Shown: in pieces, positions 56,001 to 62,490 of the stretch
Numbering within the stretch: position 1 is the stretch's first letter
Layout of the letters: every line of letters begins with the position of its first letter
Source of the DNA: an uncultured Halobacteriales archaeon
Lineage (GTDB): Archaea > Thermoplasmatota > E2 > JACPAO01 > JAHFTW01
Direction of reading: 5' to 3'
DNA length: 64,000 bases
Assembly (NCBI GenBank): GCA_964643795.1
Contig: CAZXUC010000002.1
Coordinates: 24,941-88,940 of the forward strand
Notes under the pieces: model-generated
Database searches by the model: none
What the model saw: the letters and a program-made list of their open reading frames with translations, nothing else
What the model was told of the DNA's origin: nothing
Made by a program: the position numbers and the translations under genes

Positions 56001-59000
56001 GTTCGTTGTGGACGGTGACGTTGCCAGCGTGGCGGGTCTGGAGCAGTCCGCCCGGATCGTGGGCTTCCAGGGTGACGGGGAAGTCAAGTGAGGTCTGTCC
56101 GAGGGTGCCGTCCACCGGCACGTTGTCCCATGCAATCGTTGCGTGTTGTGTGACGTTGTCCGGGTCCGGATGCAGCCATCCCGTGCAGGAGAGCGGTGCA
56201 GCCGTTTCGATTGAGAAGCAGAGCCGCAGGGGATCGCCGTCGGGGTCCCGGGCGGAGAAGGACAGTTCGGCGGGCACTCCTGCCGGCACGGCCTCGGGCA
56301 AGGCCCAGTCAAGGACCTCGGGGGCCTGGTTGTCGCTGGGGTTGACGCGTAGGCCCGTCCCGTCCCCTGGACCGGTCCCGTTCGGCGCGGCGTTGTGCTC
56401 TCCCGCCGCGACGAACACGCCCACGCCCCCGTCAAAGCCCGTCCCGTGTGCCGGGGGGCCATCGACGAGGAACACGTTGCGGTCCGCGGCGGGGGGCGGG
56501 CTGCGCAGGGCGACGAGGGCTCCAAGTCCGCCCGCGAATCCCACGCCTTGGGCACTGTGCGGTGCCACGAAGAGGTCGTTGCCGCCGAGGTCGAAGAGGA
56601 GTCCCGTGCCAGTGTTGCCGAAGCCCTGGTTGAACGGCAGGTCGGAGACGTACGAATCGTCGCCGCGCACGTCCAAGTGGAAGGAGAGGAGGGGAATTCC
56701 GCCGGGGGCGGTGCTGTTGGCGGCACCGGCCAGGCCCTCGTGCAGGTCGTCGCCGCCCAAATCAAAGTGCAGAGCGGCGCGGTAGCCGGGACCGAAGTGG
56801 TCCTGCCCCCCGACCGTCAATAGCAGACCGTGCGGCGCGTCCAGGTACAAGTCGGCGCCCTCGAGGTCCAGCAGGACCCGGGGGGCCACCGGCAGGGGGG
56901 ATACGCCCGGGTCGTTCGGGTCCGCGCCCCACAGGCCCACGAACTGCTGCCACAGGGACTCCACGAGGTCCGGGACCATGTCACCGTCCCGGTCGGCCTC
57001 CAGATCCACGCCGGTCAGGGTGTTTGCCTGCTCCTGCCGCCACACCGCATCGTTGCGGGGCACGGGGCCATCATCCAGGCTGGTCTGCACATTACCGGGG
57101 CCCAGGTCGGGGGAGGGACCGGCCAAGTCCATGGACGGCGCCTGGTGGGGATTGTCGGGGTCGGCGGGGGTGTAGGTGTCCTGGCCGCCGATGTCGGCGA
57201 AGAACCCGAAGGAGACGCCGTGACCCTCCAGGAGGCCGTTGTACTGGTCGTTGCTGCTGCCCTGGCTGCTGGAGGGCTCCACGGACACCTGGACGCCCAC
57301 TCCCACCTCGAGGAGAGTGGCATTCACCAGGCCGTCGAGGAAGATGGCCGTGGGGTCGATTGGTTGTTGGATGCTAACGACGGGTGGGCCACCGTAGCCG
57401 CGGGACATCTCCCCGGCCGTGTAAGTGTCGTCACTGGGGCTGCCGGGGCCTGCCGCGTCGGCAAAGAAGGCAAGCGGACGCTGATGTTTTCCCGTAGAAG
57501 CCCGGTTGTCCTGTGTGCTCCCCTGGCTTTCTGCTCCTGCGGTGTACGCATCGTGGCTGACGGCGTCGCGCCCGGCCACGTTGACGAAGAACGCGACGCC
57601 CGCGGTGCCATGGCGCGGGCCAGGCCCCACATCTGCGCCAGCAGCGGCTTGGCTCGAGTCGCCCGATGTGAAGGAAGAGATGGCTTCGGAGCCTGAGCCC
57701 ACGAGGCGGACCAGGGCCGCGGAACCGTGCCGGATGGGTGAGCCCCCTTCAACGCCGTCGGGCGCAGGCCCCGGCAGGGTGGATGCCTGGCTGCGGTCTC
57801 CGGCATGGTACGTGGAATCGAGGATTCCGGAGCCGATTCTTTCCACCAGCACCGCCACGCCCCGGCGCAGGGCTTGGTCCGGGTCGCCCACCCCGTTGGT
57901 GTCGCTTAGGCCTTGGACCAGTACCAAACGGGTGTCCGGTCCCGCGTACGCCTGCGACTGGTCACCGGCCATGAACCGGTTGGTGGCCGTGGCATCGTCG
58001 CCCTGCCAATCCACCAGGACCGCGACGGGGGCGCGGCTGGCGACTCCCGTGGTGTCCGCAGCGCCGACGTCGTCGCGGTCCGGGCAGGCGGCGGCGTGGG
58101 CGCACGACTTGTCCTCGGCGTCGTAGGTGTCGCTTCCGTCCAGGTCGAAGAGGAGGCTGACCGGAGCGGCGGCGGTGTGGTCCGGGTTGTTGGCGTTGGG
58201 TCCTACCTGTGCCGGGAAGGGGGCGCTGGCGTGGCGGCCGATGTACTGGTCGTCGCCGCCAACGTCGATGAGCAGCATGGCGGCCTCTTCCTCTGTCCAC
58301 ACCGGATTGTGGCCGCACAGGTCGAGGGCAAGGTACCCCAGAACGCGGAGCTTTGCGGGGACGCCCTCTGGGCACTCAACTGCGGTGGTGGATTGGGTGG
58401 AGGACTGCTGGGGCGCGAACGCTTCGGGGATTGCCTCCGCGGCGGCCAAGAGCTCCTCCAGCGCTTTGGCGGCGCCGGCAAGGGCCTGTAGGTGTTCCTG
58501 TGACGAGACGAGGAGTTGGCCATCCGGGGAGGCCGGGGAGGGCAGGTCCCCGTCGTCGAGGGCCTCGGCCCAACGCGCCAATGCGTCCGCGGTGAAACCC
58601 TGCGGCGCGGGAGTGGACAGAACTTGTTGTTCGGCGCGGATGTAGCGGGCGACGGAATCCAGGACGCGAGCAGCTGCTTCCGCTTGCGGCGGCGTCAGCC
58701 ATGCCTGGATCCGCTTGGCCTCCGTGGCGGCGTAGGCTGCATCCCCTTCCATGGCACGGGCTAGGTCCGCCACCGCGTCAGGCAAGGATGGGGCAGGGCG
58801 TGCTGGGGGTTGGACGCCTAGGTCGGGCAAGGCGAGCCGGAGGGGGGGCCTTTCGGCGTCCGGGTCCGGCAGGCGGGGCAGGGGGGTCTGCTCAGCGCGC
58901 CAGGCGAGGCGGGCGTCGGCGGCCGCACCCCAAACCTCCAGGGTGGGGCTTGCGGCGTCGATGGCGTGGCCGAGTTGGACCAAGTGGTCCGAGTCCCCCG

Positions 59001-59853
59001 TCGGGCCCAGCGTGAAGGGCAGCAGGGCCTGGAGAATCACGTCCAACGCGGCAAGGCCCGCGTCGGGGGCGCCGGCGAGGCCGGCTGCGAGATCGAGGCG
59101 CTCAGCATCCGTGAGAAGGGCGAGGACCTGGACGCGTCCCGCCACGGCCAACGGCGTGGTGGGCCTGAGGCGGAGGGGGTCGCCGGCCTCGACGCCGAGG
59201 AAGTCGGCCAGCACGTCAGCCACGCGCAGGCGCTCGTCCAAGGCCTGGTGGCCGGCCACCAGGCCTTCCACCAGGAATCCGGTCTCCACGAGGATGCCGG
59301 CGGCCTGCAGGATGTGTGGTTGGTCGAGGCGCGCCAACACGGGGGCCAGGCGCTTCTCGGTCTTCGCGTCCAGGTCGTTGCCTTGGGCCTGCGCGTCGCG
59401 CAGGATGCCAAGTTGGTCTGAGGTGAGGTAGCGGGTGGCCATCTCCTGGTGCCAGTAGGCGCGGGCGAGACCCTCCAGCATAGCGCGCGCCACCTCCTCG
59501 TAGACGGGAGGCAGTTGGGGCAACCGGTCAAGGTCCTGGCGCAGGGATTCGGCGCCGGGCGACCCCGGGGAAGCTCCGGCTAGAAGCATCGACAGTTCCA
59601 GCATGGACAATTCATCCACGCGCCCCTCCACCCACGCGTCGGGGGCCCAGGTGGGGGGATGGGGCAGCCGGTCGTGGGCGGGGGATTCTCCGGGCCGGCT
59701 TGGCGTGCTCTCCGGGCCAGCGGGAGGCACAAGGAAGCCGGGAAGCTGCGGCATCGCCGCCGCAGGCAGCAGCACCGCAATGACCACCAGGAGGGCGACC
59801 GCCGAGGGTCGGCCGAATCTGGCCGTCCGAATGGGACGCTCCTTGCGAATCAT
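50011..59853 (-). CDS. Giant (3280 aa) secreted protein: N-terminal anchor, ~550-aa Ala/Leu-rich helical region, beta-solenoid-like GxDxY repeat region, Ig-like array, C-terminal TM+Arg anchor
   Basis: I preferred ATG 59853 (MIRKERPIRTARFGRPSAVALLVVIAVLLPAAA). Repeats include IDVGGDDQYIG, FDLGGNDLFVAPHSAQGVGFAGG, MDLTGDDLYVAPGHAQGAATRLG and VDLGGDDRYNP. Ig-like modules follow. The tail is GIPGVPTLVVLAAIAIAFLTRRMRP. Confidence 0.85.
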   Translation of the reverse strand: MIRKERPIRTARFGRPSAVALLVVIAVLLPAAAMPQLPGFLVPPAGPESTPSRPGESPAHDRLPHPPTWAPDAWVEGRVDELSMLELSMLLAGASPGSPGAESLRQDLDRLPQLPPVYEEVARAMLEGLARAYWHQEMATRYLTSDQLGILRDAQAQGNDLDAKTEKRLAPVLARLDQPHILQAAGILVETGFLVEGLVAGHQALDERLRVADVLADFLGVEAGDPLRLRPTTPLAVAGRVQVLALLTDAERLDLAAGLAGAPDAGLAALDVILQALLPFTLGPTGDSDHLVQLGHAIDAASPTLEVWGAAADARLAWRAEQTPLPRLPDPDAERPPLRLALPDLGVQPPARPAPSLPDAVADLARAMEGDAAYAATEAKRIQAWLTPPQAEAAARVLDSVARYIRAEQQVLSTPAPQGFTADALARWAEALDDGDLPSPASPDGQLLVSSQEHLQALAGAAKALEELLAAAEAIPEAFAPQQSSTQSTTAVECPEGVPAKLRVLGYLALDLCGHNPVWTEEEAAMLLIDVGGDDQYIGRHASAPFPAQVGPNANNPDHTAAAPVSLLFDLDGSDTYDAEDKSCAHAAACPDRDDVGAADTTGVASRAPVAVLVDWQGDDATATNRFMAGDQSQAYAGPDTRLVLVQGLSDTNGVGDPDQALRRGVAVLVERIGSGILDSTYHAGDRSQASTLPGPAPDGVEGGSPIRHGSAALVRLVGSGSEAISSFTSGDSSQAAAGADVGPGPRHGTAGVAFFVNVAGRDAVSHDAYTAGAESQGSTQDNRASTGKHQRPLAFFADAAGPGSPSDDTYTAGEMSRGYGGPPVVSIQQPIDPTAIFLDGLVNATLLEVGVGVQVSVEPSSSQGSSNDQYNGLLEGHGVSFGFFADIGGQDTYTPADPDNPHQAPSMDLAGPSPDLGPGNVQTSLDDGPVPRNDAVWRQEQANTLTGVDLEADRDGDMVPDLVESLWQQFVGLWGADPNDPGVSPLPVAPRVLLDLEGADLYLDAPHGLLLTVGGQDHFGPGYRAALHFDLGGDDLHEGLAGAANSTAPGGIPLLSFHLDVRGDDSYVSDLPFNQGFGNTGTGLLFDLGGNDLFVAPHSAQGVGFAGGLGALVALRSPPPAADRNVFLVDGPPAHGTGFDGGVGVFVAAGEHNAAPNGTGPGDGTGLRVNPSDNQAPEVLDWALPEAVPAGVPAELSFSARDPDGDPLRLCFSIETAAPLSCTGWLHPDPDNVTQHATIAWDNVPVDGTLGQTSLDFPVTLEAHDPGGLLQTRHAGNVTVHNEPPRIGDLRGNLAPMVGQPAAFQVPFEPADDLLDPVILFGSPDDLRAWNATAVDWAALSSGGRASLPLSIGSSLGGVQKELLHEPGNLLDGEPATHLALHYTSQFLHDPIQVVVDFAGPRQVRQLEVAAHRPTGAATTQFELSMLRPGGALEPVGTLQVASTSANDPDILVVNLPDFPDVRGLVVRQVLPHGFDPRPDLDEEEEPPIRTDHVVFHHVRALGPGAIGQWDFAAQREVEYRVLDRFGGFNATTFTVDIQPDPDAIDGDLDLPPFIMTATINPRGQVRHASLAAAGEEYPFTVAVQRLNNAGLYEPLMVPAGETASLCVDWDDGSFTCNDVSGGWPLQWEKSHIWLNPGEYQINATVEGISNLPTDPFHVADISVERAFDLRSEDEPVLWLALDPLGVRTWYSGSPYLGIVDAAGNDRYTGAIAGPSPSGRPSIVVDFLGDDDYLSLNQRTQGYGDFGTAAVLMDLTGDDLYVAPGHAQGAATRLGVGVLVDLGGDDRYNPVASTHPDIVSGLPDARDAWLERPDSLSPKRAPLAGGAPDLVQGAAIDAVGLHITSGGTDMFHAGNQAQGYGAHERLESMEYAPRTADCPSVDEHRGQLIAWMDTESGADPPYPWCLAGLERGNEGNGAGFDPLRDISQEPCLHEDGGTGTRPCMPNISALGAFIDTGPRFGPSLGLHLRLDGAATYHGNGWLQGAAQGSGRGMLVDRDGAGLLLASDNSQAYSEDAIAALVLGGPAALRLGERGQSHGSAPPSAGGPEGVQTPQAIWIGPDDQDAACDDDALCGSPQEVPASLGPSIELTATSGQLVGGDWQATLSNEEVLQDVTYVVFATTTMRDGSECLAEPISPPTWVDSGMLAAGQQATLTLDLDEVLDDGPLHPAGCLQLFVYARATNSPGGWSMEMVQADLARPPSLEVSGLPDPAAGELTFLFTSHEPLAARTPPLVQYAFTPTTPTPGGHPNGGFAAPPISLWAPTPGNAGATAQATWEFSAGVAGAHTLWARTQWPDGPVGEWQELAQTDVVVLENNVGLSSIKGVVALSGGMYVPANSLLPAAGTVISPAGVEDVQLRLRDGQGGEVKLVRDGSQHAILSAQVAEPGARLTEWKLDVRPEATFSGILHVQGRVGWLDGGTAAWSDWQELATVHVDGEAPRVTDVSGVLGAATNQDSFPIAITMDLDDSLQNPSECPTQCPGAGIDVETLSVRLRAPNDVAPLNLVAWGAGPDGLETHWVWDATAAPPEGEYFVEVFARDYVGNQLATYPGARFVVDRQAPVFLQATVQLPDGQQAIKPGDEVLVSAAVTDVGAAGVHQVTAAFEDSDSVPLTGTNDEYEGTLTAPASTANTVVVRLEALDAAGNAAGDAREIPFHPHPPVVEPGIQVRAQSITVHVESSRDVELQGVLQGDGDPVPGVVQGGPQTHVVTFLDLVQDTEYLLILEVVDAAGWVVTREESVRTLPLLESSLGGLAVPTHAVSGPVAVHAIADCPAAVPATVTLLVSGGVALPAMHKALEPCEGPVPFTLELDTRSLPDGPADLVLTLDDGSRVLELPFSLQIDNTRPLLQTHIEGPAARNGWHNGTVVVRATAEDATNPVTLAVRHGDQSASQPGDRVTLSSDGVHEVAFTARDGATPSNEEARDLLVRVDRTPPAVDAAVATEPAATRDDSVPLLVTAQDPASGVESYRMRVAEGPWSPWLADAPTEAMVPSGAPEGQHWIDVEVRDLAGNVATATLSMVLDRTPPEVLGMRWAGAPTEGDPVLHLVAVDRLNGSGNPVGVDAVRFASPHTPDSWSPWATTGGIGTFAIPTAHTNGTHTLVQLRDRVGNLAAPVASPAIPRPEDAPAAAVTDGAEGAAPQGLVVRDPDVQPRQGRSTDPFAFSAVVYGEPSAVWLEVNGQRHAATPDGPRLGDLGRLYVATVTLSPTPFEDPYTYRFVVELGDAIVTTKTLPGPTVLAVGLAGHDDAMLERGGDRGIPGVPTLVVLAAIAIAFLTRRMRP

Positions 59854-60407
59854 CACCCACCCTTGCAATCCTTCGACTAACGGGAGGGCACTTGTCGATT
59901 TTGGGCCGAATCCGGAATCAACGAGAAGGCTGGCGGATTCGCGTTGGATGCGTACGGCAGCTCCTCGCAGCCCACCCACACATAAGCCTCCAGGGTTTGA
60001 CCATCAAGATTATGGGCGTCAACCGGAAACGTCGTCAGCCGTGCGCCAGACGGTTGGAAGCGAGGCAACGGGAGGCGCCGAAGTCCAGGGGCGCTGGCTG
60101 GCCGTTCAGGCGTACTTGTCGCGGTTCTCAAAGGGCGCTCGAAGTTACCGTGCGACTCCTGGCGGTTGCCTTGGTTCTGGCGATTGAATCGCCTTCTGTT
60201 GGGAGTCGGCTATGTCACGGCTACCCGCAAGGTGACGCCGCAGCCGAGCGTCGCTGCGGCCGCTAGCTCGAGAGTCTTCCGAACATCCTGCCCGGGCCTT
60301 GAAGACAATCTCCGACATCCTGCATGACAAGGGAAACCCGTATGATTCTGCAAGGCTCTTTGCAGCTCACAACGTCATTGGACTAATGGATGAACGGACG
60401 CGCTCCT

Positions 60408-60590
60408 TCATCGAGCGCATTCACTCACGTAGTAGCGCGTGTAGTGGGCGTCGCGTGCGCGGTTCACGAGTCCGGCGCCTGCTAGTCGGTTGATGTGCCA
60501 ATTGACGGTGCTCGCGGTAATCTCGAATTCCTCGGCGAGGTCGCATTGCGGGACGCCCGGACTGCGCAGGAGGTGGCGGGCGCGCGACGT
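60408..60590 (-). pseudogene. Orphan 3' fragment (60 codons) of a membrane-tethered wHTH regulator gene
   Basis: It reads (TAG)TSRARHLLRSPGVPQCDLAEEFEITASTVNWHINRLAGAGLVNRARDAHYTRYYVSECAR*. It is near-identical to the second wHTH of the 62491.. gene. An in-frame stop sits at 60591-60593, and no start codon is available. Confidence 0.75.
60427..60569. repeat. 143-bp direct repeat, left copy
   Basis: It aligns without gaps to 62558..62700, with about 137 of 143 positions identical by eye. Most differences are synonymous third-codon positions. Confidence 0.85.
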
Positions 60591-60596
60591 CTACGC

Positions 60597-61325
60597 CTAC
60601 TTGACAAGCGACAGAAACTCGTCCATTCGCGCCTTGGCGTCCTTCGGACTCAGTTTGCGGTAACGTTGGACTGCGTCGGGGTCCGCGGCGGCTGCGCTCA
60701 GCACATCGCCGAGGAACGGCAATCGCTTCAACTCCTTGCCCAGGAACGCGATTTCCCAGTCCGGCGCGGTTGGATTAGAATCGAGGATGGCGAGGATATC
60801 GGAGCGGTCCTTGTTGAGTTTGCCGCGCTCCCAATCCGGGTCACGGCTGTCGTTTGCGGCGAGTCGGCCCGCTCGGTCCCAGGCGGCCTTCGCTTTGTAG
60901 AGCATGAGGAGGGACCGCGTCGGAACCAAAAGAGGGTTGCCAGCGATGTCGCGTTCGACATGGTGCTTTCCCGCGAGGTCGAAGTTCAGTTCCTCCTTGC
61001 GGCCGTAAAAGGGGAAGTGTTCGTCGTAGCCCGCGACGTCGACAATCATGGCGCCGATACCGGTGAAGTTTTTGTTCGCGCCGCTCCACCCGTGGACGTG
61101 CTCGACCATTTTCTCGTAGTGTCGTTCGTCGCGAAGCCACTGTAAGAGGCGTCCACGGCGCTTGGACCCCAGGACGAGGTCGACGTCCCGGCTTTTCTCG
61201 TAGGGATTGTAGGCATGAACCGCCCAACCTCCCACAAGGATGGACGGCCGGCCGTCGTGCTTGCCTGCGAGGTACTTCGCGATGGCGGCAAGCTCGTCCT
61301 GGCTGACATCCTGAATGCTAGACAC
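60597..61325 (-). CDS. Nucleotidyltransferase-fold protein (AbiEii/DUF2204/MNT-like), putative toxin/effector
   Basis: GTG 61325 overlaps the upstream stop (GTGTCTAG). ILVGGWAVHAYNPYEKSRDVDLVL matches the GG...S/T.D.D NTase motif, with a further acidic residue at IVDVAGYD. The C-terminal helical part is LLMLYKAKAAWDRAGR...KDRSDILAIL. Confidence 0.6.
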   Translation of the reverse strand: MSSIQDVSQDELAAIAKYLAGKHDGRPSILVGGWAVHAYNPYEKSRDVDLVLGSKRRGRLLQWLRDERHYEKMVEHVHGWSGANKNFTGIGAMIVDVAGYDEHFPFYGRKEELNFDLAGKHHVERDIAGNPLLVPTRSLLMLYKAKAAWDRAGRLAANDSRDPDWERGKLNKDRSDILAILDSNPTAPDWEIAFLGKELKRLPFLGDVLSAAAADPDAVQRYRKLSPKDAKARMDEFLSLVK

Positions 61326-62310
61326 GGAGCACCTCTGCAAGCTTGATGGCGATGTCGCGGGCGGAGTATCCAAAGCCGGCAACGTCCAGCAGAGCTTGCT
61401 CGGCGCTGACGGTTGGCAGTCCATCGATGACGCTCGAAGTCGACGCAACGTCTCGATTGTCGATTCGGTAAACTACGAGGTCGATGCCGCCCTTGCGGCC
61501 GCTGAATACCTGCTTGACGTTGGCGGGGTCCTTGGCATACACCTGAATTTCGTCGCTGCGGTCAGAGTATCCTGAACGAGCGCTGGCCGCAGTTAGGCCG
61601 CATACCCAAATGCCGGGCCTTGGCGCGCTTGCCGCCAGTCGGGTCCACTGCGTACCCATCGTCGACATCAGGTCGGTCCACGACTTGATGCCCGTTGGAA
61701 TTCGTTCAGCTTCGAGCCGACCCATTGGCCTTTCAGACGCGACTTGGTCCAGCAGAAGGCCGAGCGCGTTGGACGTCAGATCGCCCTTGGCTCCAATGAT
61801 TCCACGCTGGCGCAACTGCTGGACGACAGTTGAGGTCCAGCCGATGCTTGTTCCGGCGGCCTTCGAAAGAATCTGGACGCCGGGGAAATGTCCGAGACGC
61901 AGCAGCGCCGTGCATACCCGCCAAGCGCTTTGGGTCGTAATTCCCCGCGGCACGATGTTGCTCGGGGGCAAAAATTCCAAGGGGGCTTCGAAGGTCTCGA
62001 CCTTCGCGTTTTGCGCCAACTGTCGGATGAAACCTGGCACGGAGGCGGCCACGAGCACGGGAACCACCTCCCTCCGGCCGATATCTACTCCTTCGAGTTG
62101 CTTGGCGACGTGCCGAAGGAAGCTAAGCCTGGCTACGTCGTCGAGTCGCGGGACGCCGGCTTTGACCTCAATGAGGAACACCTTAGCTGCGGTTTCGATG
62201 ACAAGGTCGGCGACCGCTTGGCGGTGTAGGCGGATGTTCCGCCTAATCTTGGCATCGTGGATGCCCAGGCGCTGGGCCAACCAAGCGGCAAGCTCCTCCA
62301 TGGGTTTCAC
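61318..62310 (-). CDS. DNA-binding partner protein: PD-(D/E)xK-like N-terminal domain + winged helix + C-terminal domain (putative antitoxin/regulator)
   Basis: VADLVIETAAKVFLIEVKAG fits a D...E.K nuclease-fold motif. ILSKAAGTSIGWTSTVVQQLRQRGIIGAKG is HTH-like. The start is GTG 62310, or alternatively ATG 62301. It is translationally coupled to the NTase gene. Confidence 0.55.
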   Translation of the reverse strand: MKPMEELAAWLAQRLGIHDAKIRRNIRLHRQAVADLVIETAAKVFLIEVKAGVPRLDDVARLSFLRHVAKQLEGVDIGRREVVPVLVAASVPGFIRQLAQNAKVETFEAPLEFLPPSNIVPRGITTQSAWRVCTALLRLGHFPGVQILSKAAGTSIGWTSTVVQQLRQRGIIGAKGDLTSNALGLLLDQVASERPMGRLEAERIPTGIKSWTDLMSTMGTQWTRLAASAPRPGIWVCGLTAASARSGYSDRSDEIQVYAKDPANVKQVFSGRKGGIDLVVYRIDNRDVASTSSVIDGLPTVSAEQALLDVAGFGYSARDIAIKLAEVLRV

Positions 62311-62385
62311 TGAAAGCAGGGTAGTTTAAAAATTTCACTGAAACAGTTTGCTGAAACAATCGCTGTTAGCGGCTTTCACTGAAAC
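62305..62385 (-). promoter_or_regulatory. AT-rich promoter with TATA-like box and 3-4 copies of the palindrome TTTCA-N-TGAAA (candidate operator array)
   Basis: tttcactgaaag (62305-62316), tttcactgaaac (62333-62344), tttgctgaaac (62347-62357) and tttcactgaaac (62374-62385). The tttaaaaattt box at ~62325-62335 lies ~20 nt upstream of the start codon. Confidence 0.5.
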
Positions 62386-62490
62386 GCGTGAGACCCATCC
62401 GTCCATGCAATTTGGAGCAGGATTGTTTCCTTGCTCGGCAAGACCTTCACGTCTACATCGCCTGGGCCGTGGAGCGAGGATTTGGCAGAC

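Noticed and set aside
59854-59979. Upstream ATG 59979 for the 3280-aa protein
   Set aside because: The extra 42 residues are not hydrophobic. ATG 59853 gives a standard basic n-region plus hydrophobic anchor (MIRKERPIRTARFGRPSAVALLVVIAVLL) and is preceded by a GGTG-containing purine-rich stretch.
60299-60493. 64-aa plus-strand ORF between the giant operon and the cassette
   Set aside because: Its 3' half is antisense to the conserved wHTH gene fragment, and it has no motifs. It is probably non-coding promoter or spacer DNA of the giant operon.
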